Shown: in pieces, positions 8,337 through 16,392 of the stretch
Layout of the letters: every line of letters starts with the position of its first letter
Numbering within the stretch: position 1 is the stretch's first letter
Assembly (NCBI GenBank): GCA_045597245.1
Contig: JAZODY010000111.1
Span: 1 to 44,620, forward strand
Direction of reading: 5' to 3'
Source: Tidjanibacter sp.
GTDB taxonomy: Bacteria; Bacteroidota; Bacteroidia; Bacteroidales; Rikenellaceae
DNA length: 44,620 bases
The notes under the pieces: generated by a model
What the model was told of the DNA's origin: nothing
What the model saw: only the letters and a program-made list of their open reading frames with translations
The model's database searches: none
Translations under genes and position numbers: made by a program

Positions 8337-8485
8337 GCGCAATAAAATTCATCATCCTCACGGTTATAATCGTGGCGGCATACGTCCTTGGCTATCTCGA
8401 TGGACGGATAAAAGAAATAAAGAAAATGATTGACTTCATAGAATCTATACGCGATGAAAAAAGCAGTTCTCGAAAAGATGCGTAA
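8333..8485 (+). CDS. Small membrane-anchored protein
   Basis: MSAIKFIILTVIIVAAYVLGYLDG..., ATGA overlap. Confidence 0.55.
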   Translation: MSAIKFIILTVIIVAAYVLGYLDGRIKEIKKMIDFIESIRDEKSSSRKDA

Positions 8486-8867
8486 TTGCAAAGCGTTGCA
8501 GGGCATGACCGTGGAGGAATTCGTCGACTCCGACCGATTCCTTGAAAACCTCACGAAATACATGGAGGCCCAGAAGGCTGACCGCGAGGCTGTGCGGCGC
8601 TCATACGAAGCGATGCGCAAGCTCGGCGGGGTGAAAGGGTATAAACTCCCGGCACATCCAATAGATAAAGTAATCGGCTTGTCTCCGAAAGAGTTCGCGG
8701 CAGAGTATAAAGCTATAATCGCAAAGCGGTCAACACGCCCCTTTGCAGAACGGCAATACATCAAGCAACTCGCAACGCAGGCATACGCGGTAACGGCCGA
8801 GCAGATTGTCTGCGAGGAATTTCCAGAACTGCGCAAAGAATTCGAAAAACCAACCCAAAAGAACTAA
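8454..8867 (+). CDS. Hypothetical protein
   Basis: 137 aa ORF with phage-like codon use. Confidence 0.7.
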   Translation: MKKAVLEKMRNCKALQGMTVEEFVDSDRFLENLTKYMEAQKADREAVRRSYEAMRKLGGVKGYKLPAHPIDKVIGLSPKEFAAEYKAIIAKRSTRPFAERQYIKQLATQAYAVTAEQIVCEEFPELRKEFEKPTQKN

Positions 8868-8871
8868 CGAT

Positions 8872-9129
8872 ATGGGACTTTTTACCAAGAAAAACACCGC
8901 ACCCCGTCAGACGGGCATTCGCGGAGTAATCGAGGCTCTGATGCAGGGCCGCACGCTGTCCATCTATGACAGCAAGGAATTCAAAGAGGGCGAAATGCAC
9001 ACGGTCTTTTGCAAGATTCGTCGCAAGATTTCGCGCGGACTCATTCAGGGCTATGTCCTCCGGGACGAATGGCACACGAACGAGAACGGCGTGCGTTATA
9101 AATGCTATTGGTTTGATGCGACTGAGTAG
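8872..9129 (+). CDS. Winged-HTH-like hypothetical protein
   Basis: ALMQGRTLSIYD...IRRKI...W...NGVRYKCYW. Confidence 0.55.
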   Translation: MGLFTKKNTAPRQTGIRGVIEALMQGRTLSIYDSKEFKEGEMHTVFCKIRRKISRGLIQGYVLRDEWHTNENGVRYKCYWFDATE

Positions 9130-9535
9130 TATCAGCGAAGCGGGTGCAATCGGTCATGATGGCCGGTTGCGCCTTCCGATGGACCGACTGAGCGCGGCCT
9201 TTGCAGAGCATGCCGGGGAGCGTGTGGTCATTCGTTTCTACTTCGATGTCCCCGGCTCGACCGCCTCGCAAAGAACGTACTACTACAAATACATCATTCC
9301 GACTATCAAAGACAAGCTCCATGAAATAGGCGAGCGGAGGTCTGACGGGGCGATAGACAAATGGCTGGTCGCGCAATTCCCGGGGGACAAAGAAGAAACC
9401 CAGCTTGGAACCGGCGAAGTGGTGACTGAAGCCCGCTCCCTGAATAGGCTCCAAATGTCCGAATTCCTTGAATGGCTGCAACAATTTGCGGCCGAGAACC
9501 TACAAGTTTATATCGAAGACCCAAAAGTATTATGA
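9116..9535 (+). CDS. NinB/Orf-like recombination protein
   Basis: ST.SQRTYYY ... RSL...QMSEFLEWLQQFAAE.L.V pattern. Confidence 0.6.
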   Translation: MRLSSISEAGAIGHDGRLRLPMDRLSAAFAEHAGERVVIRFYFDVPGSTASQRTYYYKYIIPTIKDKLHEIGERRSDGAIDKWLVAQFPGDKEETQLGTGEVVTEARSLNRLQMSEFLEWLQQFAAENLQVYIEDPKVL

Positions 9536-9702
9536 GACAAGTTAACCCAGACGAATTTTCCTCGTACACTATTCGCGGTGCTGGATGGGCAGCGACCTTT
9601 GCGAATTGGCGCGAAGCGAACGCCCAATGGCAGGAAATGAATAGCGGAACTCTTATCGGCAACCGTCCGAACGGCTCGGTTGCTATCCTCGACACGAAAT
9701 AA
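9532..9702 (+). CDS. Hypothetical protein
   Basis: 56 aa, ATGA-type coupling. Confidence 0.6.
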   Translation: MRQVNPDEFSSYTIRGAGWAATFANWREANAQWQEMNSGTLIGNRPNGSVAILDTK

Positions 9703-9704
9703 AG

Positions 9705-9775
9705 CCCTCTGGCGAGCGCGAAAGAAAAATATGAGTAATCATATACCTTTTGCGTTCACGGGCCTTAAAATCAAT
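9705..9775. repeat. Dispersed TTTAAGAG element, copy 2 (reverse, degenerate)
   Basis: GCGTTCACGGGCCTTAAAA resembles GCGTTCATCGCTCTTAAAA at 15020; AT-rich core upstream. Confidence 0.55.
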
Positions 9776-9791
9776 TTTTCAAGAAAATAAC

Positions 9792-9998
9792 ATGAAAGAC
9801 CAGAAGCCGAAAACCGTTATCCTGCACAATACCCCGCAATTCTATGTGGAGTATTGCAAGGGATGGCTCGCGCGAAAGCGCAAAGAAAAGACAAATCCGG
9901 TGGAAATCGTAATTGTGGAAGACATCCTCAAACTCGTACAGATTTCCGCCGACCAAATGGAACCTAAAAACTCAAAAGAAAATGGAACAAAACAATGA
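9792..9998 (+). CDS. Hypothetical protein
   Basis: 68 aa from ATG 9792. Confidence 0.6.
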   Translation: MKDQKPKTVILHNTPQFYVEYCKGWLARKRKEKTNPVEIVIVEDILKLVQISADQMEPKNSKENGTKQ

Positions 9999-10527
9999 CG
10001 GACAGAAATTCGTTCTGTCGAAAATCAAGCTCTTGCCGGGCGGCGGTGTCCGTGCAGATTATCAAACCTCTATTGTCATCGGGGAAGAAGTGAGTGTCCG
10101 GGATTATACTGTCTGTTCGGACAATATCGCGCACCCAGACCTTACGAGCCTATTCGATGCGCTTCGTCCGATAGTGCTGAAAACTTTCGGGCTGGGTGCT
10201 CTGATGGATATGGGCAAGGAAGGCGATGAACTCTACACAGACCTGTTGGGCAGGCTCAACGTCCACGGGCTTTCGTGGTCGGGAAATGGCGATACATCCG
10301 GCATCGTGGTCTCTGCGGTGTTCGAAACCGTCAGCGGCTCGAAATCCGCGCTCAATACTCCGCATATCAAGTTCGCCCGTGCGTCTTATGGCTTTGAGGA
10401 GGAACTGGAAGCCATCACGAACGAAATCAAGGACGAGGCATACAAGTATCTTTTCGAAGGCAAGCAGGCACAACTCTCCCTTTTTGGGGAGGAACCGAAA
10501 GAAGCCGAAGGACTTTACGCGGAATGA
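9982..10527 (+). CDS. Phage hypothetical protein
   Basis: 181 aa; ends EAYKYLFEGKQAQLSLF (QLSLF resembles a beta-clamp binding motif). Confidence 0.7.
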   Translation: MEQNNDGQKFVLSKIKLLPGGGVRADYQTSIVIGEEVSVRDYTVCSDNIAHPDLTSLFDALRPIVLKTFGLGALMDMGKEGDELYTDLLGRLNVHGLSWSGNGDTSGIVVSAVFETVSGSKSALNTPHIKFARASYGFEEELEAITNEIKDEAYKYLFEGKQAQLSLFGEEPKEAEGLYAE

Positions 10528-10528
10528 C

Positions 10529-10951
10529 ATGGAAGCCGTCAAGATAGCGACACGCGAAGAATATGACTATGCCCGAAGCCTTGGCTTTGAACCGCTCAAG
10601 GACAGGCGCTTCGCAATGGATATTCGGTTGCGTGTCACTATTCAAAGAGAACTGTTCGGCAGGGGACACACCCCGGCAGAGAATGAGCGCTTTTACCGCT
10701 GGTGCTGGGAGCATTACCCGCATTTTTGTCAGGAAACGATGCGCCCCCTGCCCGAGTTCTCGGCTGTCTATGTCTCGCATATCCTTACGCGCGGCGCACA
10801 TCCCGAAATGGCCCACGACCCCCGCAACGTGAATATCCTTTGTTTCGCGGCACATAACCGCTGGGAGAATGGCGACCGGGAGAATATGCGTATCTTTGCA
10901 AGGAATCAACTAACAATCGCAAAACTTAAAAACGAATATCAACAATTATGA
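10529..10951 (+). CDS. HNH/NinG-like nuclease
   Basis: SHILTRGAHP....DPRNVNILC..AHNRWE. Confidence 0.7.
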   Translation: MEAVKIATREEYDYARSLGFEPLKDRRFAMDIRLRVTIQRELFGRGHTPAENERFYRWCWEHYPHFCQETMRPLPEFSAVYVSHILTRGAHPEMAHDPRNVNILCFAAHNRWENGDRENMRIFARNQLTIAKLKNEYQQL

Positions 10952-11370
10952 ACATCGTAATACTGAAAGGCAATGTCGGCCAAGACCCGAAAATTACGAC
11001 CTTCGACAACGGGGGCAAAGTGGCACAATTCACGCTCGCGACGACCGAGCGCGGCTACAAGAAACAAGATGGCAGTGAAGTGCCAGACAAAACCGATTGG
11101 CACAATATCGTCGTGCGCCGTTCTGGGCTCGCGGGTATCTGCGAGCAGTATGTCAAGAAAGGCACGCCGCTTCTCCTGACAGGAAAGATTCGCACTCGTG
11201 AATATCAGGACGGCGAAGGGAAGTCCCGTTATATTACGGAAATCCTCGTGGACGAAATGGAACTCCTCGGCGGCCAGAAGCGCGAGCAGGCACCGGCTCC
11301 CGACCAAGACCCGAAACCTGCCGGGCCGATGAAAGATGTTACGCCCACAAACGATGACCTACCATGGTAA
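10948..11370 (+). CDS. ssb: Single-stranded DNA-binding protein
   Basis: MNIVILKGNVGQDP...TDWHNIV...KG....GKIRTREY; acidic tail DDLPW. Confidence 0.95.
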   Translation: MNIVILKGNVGQDPKITTFDNGGKVAQFTLATTERGYKKQDGSEVPDKTDWHNIVVRRSGLAGICEQYVKKGTPLLLTGKIRTREYQDGEGKSRYITEILVDEMELLGGQKREQAPAPDQDPKPAGPMKDVTPTNDDLPW

Positions 11371-11376
11371 TAAGCT

Positions 11377-11883
11377 ATGCAGATAGAACGTAAAGACTAC
11401 AACCCCCAGCGGCATGACATCACGAAGGCCCTGACCGTCAAGCAGCCCTATGCGGATTTGCTGACACGAGTGGTCTATCGTGATGCGGATGGGGACTATC
11501 ATGCGGCAAAGACTATCGAGGTGCGCACGCGGGACACGAAGTTCCGCGGCGACCTCCTTATCTGTTCCAGTGCCAAGCTGACCGATGAATGGGGGCTGCA
11601 CCCCGCCGGAGTGACTTGCGGATATGTCGAACTCTACGACACCAAGCCTGTCGAGCAGTTCACGGAGGAAGACTGGGCTGCAACCTGCATTCCAGAGAAG
11701 GACCGGCCCCGCAAGGGCTGGGGCTGGTTCATGCGCAACCCGCGCCGGGTCGTGGAAATGCCCGTCAAGGGACAGCTCGGTATCTTTAATCTAATCACTC
11801 CAAAAGACGAGATTACGGAATACCCGCGAGCGATGGTTCTCGGGGCGGATGGATGGCTGAAAATACAACAAAAAATCAAGTGA
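11377..11883 (+). CDS. ASCH-domain protein
   Basis: KALTVKQPYA...KTIEVR...RGDLLICSS...PVKGQLGIF. Confidence 0.85.
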   Translation: MQIERKDYNPQRHDITKALTVKQPYADLLTRVVYRDADGDYHAAKTIEVRTRDTKFRGDLLICSSAKLTDEWGLHPAGVTCGYVELYDTKPVEQFTEEDWAATCIPEKDRPRKGWGWFMRNPRRVVEMPVKGQLGIFNLITPKDEITEYPRAMVLGADGWLKIQQKIK

Positions 11884-11884
11884 C

Positions 11885-12463
11885 ATGGAAGAATTCTGGA
11901 AAAGAAAGCTGACGCCCTTCGACATGGAGTTATGCGTCATGATTGAATCCCTTACGGGTGTTCCGTGTGAGCCCTGTAACGGAGACGACCACTTCTATAT
12001 CATTGCTGACTATAATCAGCACGCGAACGACCCCGATTATATTGCCGCGATTATAGCGGCGATTGAGGGCCGCGTAGGTGCTCGGCTGATAGATTTATCG
12101 GACGACGCGGAATACGGGCTTCTAATCGTCAGAATCAAGTTCGCGGAAGAAAACTATCCCGCTCTTGTGAGAGATAACGGCATCGGCAAAGAAGACCCTG
12201 AAAAGGGCCGTTGCTATTGCAGGTCTTTGGGCGAGGTGCGGGCGCTGGAAGTCATACCCGCGAATGCCGAACAGCTCATTGCTTTCATCGGCAACGGACA
12301 AATGGAAATTCCTGCCGATGGGCCGGCATCGTTCCATTTCCTGAATGCCGGCGGCAGCGTATGGGCGCACGCGCCGGAGGGCTCCTACATTGTGTATATC
12401 GGGCCGGGACAATTCGAAGTTCGGGCTCGTGAAGACTTCCTTAAAGAGTTTGAATCGAAATGA
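11885..12463 (+). CDS. Hypothetical protein
   Basis: 192 aa ORF. Confidence 0.7.
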   Translation: MEEFWKRKLTPFDMELCVMIESLTGVPCEPCNGDDHFYIIADYNQHANDPDYIAAIIAAIEGRVGARLIDLSDDAEYGLLIVRIKFAEENYPALVRDNGIGKEDPEKGRCYCRSLGEVRALEVIPANAEQLIAFIGNGQMEIPADGPASFHFLNAGGSVWAHAPEGSYIVYIGPGQFEVRAREDFLKEFESK

Positions 12464-12779
12464 GCGAAGCACTTAAATGCCGGGATTGCGCACATTGCCA
12501 TCCCGCCGGATGGTGGGAGGAACTTTGTTGCGATTTCTGGGCCTTCCGATTGACCCTGATGGCCCGGCTTGTATTTCAATAAAACCAAGAAACCCCGAAA
12601 AATTATGTTCAAAACGAATAAAGAACAAATAATTTTCATCCCAACAATCGGGCTTACAGTGGGGAATGGGCGCGTTTGGCTGGCGTTAGCATTTCTGTAT
12701 TGGACTGTTGGAATTGCTATTTTAACCCGGGAAGAAGATTAATATCCCGGGATGTTTAACAAAATAAATCTAAATCATC

Positions 12780-13103
12780 ATGGAAATCATTGAAGGAATC
12801 TTTTCGGAGGCGTTCTGGTATATCGCCCCGCTGCTTATGACGCTGACCGTGGCCGTTACGGGCTTCATCAACGGAGCGTTCAAGATTACGAAGGGTATGT
12901 GGCCGCAGGTCGTATCGTGGGCTGTCGGTGCAGCCCTGTCCGCAGCCGCATGGGCTTTGAAGCTCATTGAATTCGGAGACCCTATATGGCTGGGTGTCGT
13001 GTGTCTGGCGGTTGTCGTGGGCCTGTCAAGTAATGGCATATACGATATTCCGACCATCAAGGCGTTCATCGACAAGTGGTTCCCAGCCCGCTGGGGCAAG
13101 TAA
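12780..13103 (+). CDS. Three-TM holin-like membrane protein
   Basis: Three hydrophobic helices; GLSSNGIYD motif typical of phage holins. Confidence 0.6.
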   Translation: MEIIEGIFSEAFWYIAPLLMTLTVAVTGFINGAFKITKGMWPQVVSWAVGAALSAAAWALKLIEFGDPIWLGVVCLAVVVGLSSNGIYDIPTIKAFIDKWFPARWGK

Positions 13104-13109
13104 ACTCAT

Positions 13110-13182
13110 ACCGGGAGGGTAGGGCAACCCGATAAATCTATCGTAAGTTGCAAGCGATTCGGTAATACCCACCGTTCCCGGT
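13110..13182 (+). ncRNA. Unclassified structured RNA with predicted pseudoknot
   Basis: Nested stems ACCGGGA/TCCCGGT, GGGTA/TACCC, CCGA/TCGG, ATCGT/GCGAT, plus GCAAC/GTTGC loop pairing. Confidence 0.5.
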
Positions 13183-13188
13183 TCTCTT

Positions 13189-13281
13189 GGTTGTATGGTG
13201 TAATAGGCAGCACGTCGCTTTACCTTTTTTGAGTGGTTTTGGGATAGAGCGAAGATGCAGGTTCGAGCCCGGCTTCAACCA
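13189..13281 (+). ncRNA. tRNA-like element with a 31-nt region in place of the anticodon loop
   Basis: Acceptor GGTTGTA/TTCAACC+A, TGGTGTAATAGGCAGCAC D arm, TCGCT/AGCGA stem, GCAGG-TTCGAGC-CCGGC T arm. Confidence 0.7.
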
Positions 13282-13306
13282 CAAGATGAAAAAAAATTAA
13301 AAAAAG

Positions 13307-13338
13307 TGGTACAATGTTAAAAAAAAGTTGTATATTTG
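13307..13338 (+). promoter_or_regulatory. Early promoter repeat, copy 3
   Basis: Identical 32-mer to 775-806. Confidence 0.85.
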
Positions 13339-13399
13339 TACCCAGAAACACAACAGCAACCGACCCGGCGGGTTCCGGGAACTAAAAACAAAAAGAGTT

Positions 13400-13597
13400 A
13401 TGACAACAATTGAAACCGCCAACCGCACGAAAACAACGTATTTCGTTGAATACATTTGCGACGACATCGACAACACGTATTGGCAATTAGTTCGTTCCCG
13501 CGACGCAGCGATACTTGCGGCCCACAAAGATTTGAACGACATTTACGCTCATTGCTTCATTTGCGAGATTAACAAACAGGATGTAACTATTTGGTAA
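13400..13597 (+). CDS. Hypothetical early protein
   Basis: 65 aa from ATG 13400. Confidence 0.7.
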   Translation: MTTIETANRTKTTYFVEYICDDIDNTYWQLVRSRDAAILAAHKDLNDIYAHCFICEINKQDVTIW

Positions 13598-13640
13598 ATA
13601 ACTCGGCCCGGGTTTCCCCGGGCCACAAATCCAAAACATT

Positions 13641-13910
13641 ATGGCATACATAATCAACACCAAATACGAAATGAAGGCAAAAGTACAAACCATTATCGGT
13701 GGAAAGGTTCGCAACCATCGCGGATTCGTGGACGCGGCAAAATGGATTGACGAACGCATTAACTTTTTGTTAACCATCTACAAATTCGATGATTACAAAG
13801 TGGCCGTAACCGGCAACGTATATCGTTTGGTCGCTTGGCGCAAGGCCGGAAAGCCCGGAACAAACGGAAAGGCAATGGATGTAACTCACGTTGTTACCGT
13901 CGTTGAATAA
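13641..13910 (+). CDS. Hypothetical early protein
   Basis: 89 aa ORF (alternative start 13671). Confidence 0.65.
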   Translation: MAYIINTKYEMKAKVQTIIGGKVRNHRGFVDAAKWIDERINFLLTIYKFDDYKVAVTGNVYRLVAWRKAGKPGTNGKAMDVTHVVTVVE

Positions 13911-13952
13911 GAACCATTAAGACCCCGACAGGGCGGTTTCCCTGAAAAAATT

Positions 13953-14843
13953 ATGGCACACAACAATTCAATCAATGTTTATCAAATGGTAACAGACCGC
14001 ATCGTCAAGATGATGCAAAACGGCATTATTCCTTGGAAGAAACCGTGGAAAGGTCTGAAAGGTGCAGGAACGGAGGATATGGCAATATCATACGTCACGC
14101 GCCGCGCATATTCTCTACTCAATCAGTGGCTCCTCGGTGAGCCGGGTGAATATCTCACCTACAACCAGATTAAGGAACTCGGCGGCAAAATCAAGAAAGG
14201 CGCGAAAGCTCGTTTCGTTGTGTTCTATACGAAGGTTGAATTCGTAAAAAAGAACGAAGAAACCGGCGAAGATGAAAAGCACTCCTATCCGCTGCTCAAA
14301 TACTATAATGTCTTCCATCTCAACGACACCGAAGGCATCCCCACCAAGATAGGCACAGAACCCCACAACGATAATATCGAAATGGACGTGACTGCGGATG
14401 CTGTCATAATGGATTACGTAGCAAGAGAAGTGGGGCTGCGCTTCGTTAACGACCAGCCCAGCAATCGCGCATATTATTCCCCGTCGGAAGATAAGGTCGT
14501 TGTTCCCATGCCGGGACAATTCGAGAATATATCCGAATACTATTCCACGGCATTCCACGAGCTTACCCACTCGACCATGAAGGCATCCCGCTGCAATAGG
14601 GAATCCGACAATGCAAATTCTTTCTTCGGGAACGAATCCTACTCCCGCGAGGAACTTGTTGCGGAAATGGGCGCGGCAATGCTCTGTGACATTACGGGTA
14701 TCAAGGACGAAAGGGCATTCAGCAATTCCGTTGCATATCTGCAAAGTTGGATTGCGGCCTTGAAAAAGGATATTAAGATGCTTGTCTGGGCCGCGGCCCG
14801 CGCCGAGAAAGCGGCAAAATACATCCTGAATATAGCAGCATAA
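13953..14843 (+). CDS. ardC: ArdC antirestriction protein (ssDNA-binding N domain + zincin-like domain)
   Basis: YQMVTDRI...GIIPWKKPW...YSLLN; AYYSPSEDKV.VP....F....YYSTAFHELTHST; YSREELVAE; YLQSW. Confidence 0.92.
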   Translation: MAHNNSINVYQMVTDRIVKMMQNGIIPWKKPWKGLKGAGTEDMAISYVTRRAYSLLNQWLLGEPGEYLTYNQIKELGGKIKKGAKARFVVFYTKVEFVKKNEETGEDEKHSYPLLKYYNVFHLNDTEGIPTKIGTEPHNDNIEMDVTADAVIMDYVAREVGLRFVNDQPSNRAYYSPSEDKVVVPMPGQFENISEYYSTAFHELTHSTMKASRCNRESDNANSFFGNESYSREELVAEMGAAMLCDITGIKDERAFSNSVAYLQSWIAALKKDIKMLVWAAARAEKAAKYILNIAA

Positions 14844-14922
14844 ATGGAATACCCGAAACAAATCCCGATGGCTGATACGCGGGGTCGCTACGACTAAATG
14901 TTCAAATAATAAAAATTTTTGT

Positions 14923-14962
14923 TACCTTTGCCTCTGTCTTAACGGTTGCAAGGGTAACGACC
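14923..14962 (+). promoter_or_regulatory. Promoter and AAGGG-loop leader hairpin of the modification/packaging operon
   Basis: TACCTTTG at 14923-14930; GGTTG-CAAGGGTAA-CGACC at 14944-14962. Confidence 0.65.
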
Positions 14963-14964
14963 AT

Positions 14965-15045
14965 TTTTAGGCGATTTCCTGCCCGTTAAGGGGCAAAGCA
15001 ATAAAGTATATCACTAAGAGCGTTCATCGCTCTTAAAACGGAAAA
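14965..15045. repeat. Dispersed TTTAAGAG element, copy 3 (reverse)
   Basis: CGTTCATCGCTCTTAAA at 15021-15037 identical to 27038-27054. Confidence 0.7.
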
Positions 15046-15064
15046 CTAATAAAAATAACTGCTT

Positions 15065-15664
15065 ATGTTGGAAATCGTCTATCGTAAACTCGCGGACTTA
15101 AAACCGAATCCGAAGAACCCCCGTGACCCAAATCCCGAAGAAACCACTAATCTCGCCGAAAGCATCAAAAAGAACGGGATGTTTTTTGAAGCCCGTCCAA
15201 TTCTTCTATCTGACAGAACGGGCGAACTCGTCATCATCGCTGGTGAAAGGCGTTCCGAAGCGGCCCGTCTCCTCGGTTTAGAGCAAGTTCCTACAATTCT
15301 GCTGACAGGGCTTACCGAGGAGCAAGAGGATGAAATAATGGTGCGCGATAACACCCATTCCGGGGAATGGAGTCCGAAAAAACTCGCAGCAATAGCAGCC
15401 CAATGGGGGGGGGAGATTGTTAAATCTTGGGGAACCGGGGTGACATGGGACGCCGAAGAATTCGTCAAGACAACAATCCCAGAATTAGCGGGATTGGGGG
15501 AGGAAAAAGAACTTGCAGAAATCTTGAACGAGGAAGGGTCATTGGCCCGGGAAAGAATTATCATAACTTTCGCGTCGGAAGACAAGCAAAAAATTGCAGA
15601 ATTCCTTCATCTGGATGCTGTTAAAAAAGTATTATACCGATTCGAAGAAATATGCGAATCCTAA
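15065..15664 (+). CDS. ParB/Sulfiredoxin N-terminal domain protein
   Basis: LKPNPKNPR...LAESIKKNG....PILL.....IIAGERRSEAARLLGLEQVP...DN. Confidence 0.9.
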   Translation: MLEIVYRKLADLKPNPKNPRDPNPEETTNLAESIKKNGMFFEARPILLSDRTGELVIIAGERRSEAARLLGLEQVPTILLTGLTEEQEDEIMVRDNTHSGEWSPKKLAAIAAQWGGEIVKSWGTGVTWDAEEFVKTTIPELAGLGEEKELAEILNEEGSLARERIIITFASEDKQKIAEFLHLDAVKKVLYRFEEICES

Positions 15665-16389
15665 TTCCATCATATCATCGTGCGGATAGAATGAAGACCG
15701 TGCATTATTTGTGCGGTATTTGTGGCATATCCGCAACTGACATCACTATCTCTCTGCAAGATGACGCAGATATTGAAAGTTATAAGAAATTTGGTTGCGA
15801 TTTACATTATGCGCCCGCCACAAATGTTGCTGGCAATCGCAATAATGGATTGCGTTATCTGCGGGCCAAATATCCCGGGGAAGACATCGTGATGTTTGAC
15901 GACGATATTGATTATCTTTTACTTTTGACAAAAGAGGGGGATAGAAAACATGCCATCACACGGAAATTAAAGGGGGAAGAATTGATAACTATTTTATCGT
16001 CTCTCTTTGAATACGCCTCGAAAAAAGAAGCGAGTCTTTGGGGCATAAACGCCCTTGACAATCCTCTTTTCATGAAGACAAAAGTTTTGCAAAATATAAT
16101 CCTTGCTGGTTGCGTTATGGGTTTCGTCGGTGGTGGTAAAGAACTCTATTTTGATGAAGAATTTGCCCTGAAAGAAGACTACGAATTGTCGCTTCGTGCA
16201 ATGCAACAGGGTGAGCGGATATTAAAATTTTGTATGTTAGCGCCACGAACAAATTTTCGTGCTCCCGGAGGGTGTACCGAAGTGCGAAAAAAACAAAGCG
16301 AAAGCAAATTTGCAAATAGGCTTTTGGAAGAATATGCCGGCATTATAAAGGCCGACCCTCAAAGACCGGGTGAAATAAAAATGATTTAA
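15652..16389 (+). CDS. GT-A fold glycosyltransferase (TET-associated GT-like)
   Basis: ILIPSYHR, RN, VMFDDD (DxD), KEDYELSL, PGGC motifs. Confidence 0.8.
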   Translation: MRILIPSYHRADRMKTVHYLCGICGISATDITISLQDDADIESYKKFGCDLHYAPATNVAGNRNNGLRYLRAKYPGEDIVMFDDDIDYLLLLTKEGDRKHAITRKLKGEELITILSSLFEYASKKEASLWGINALDNPLFMKTKVLQNIILAGCVMGFVGGGKELYFDEEFALKEDYELSLRAMQQGERILKFCMLAPRTNFRAPGGCTEVRKKQSESKFANRLLEEYAGIIKADPQRPGEIKMI

Positions 16390-16392
16390 TAT

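Noticed and set aside
13110-13182. Assignment as a pistol or twister ribozyme
   Set aside because: Some linker words match, but the required helix order and pseudoknot pairing could not be satisfied; kept only as an unclassified RNA
13223-13234. 12-nt complementarity between the tRNA-like insert (CCTTTTTTGAGT) and 40839-40850
   Set aside because: Low-complexity match to a probably untranscribed A-rich spacer; likely chance
15065-15664. ParABS plasmid partition system
   Set aside because: Only the ParB N-terminal domain is present, with no HTH and no ParA; context is modification/terminase genes
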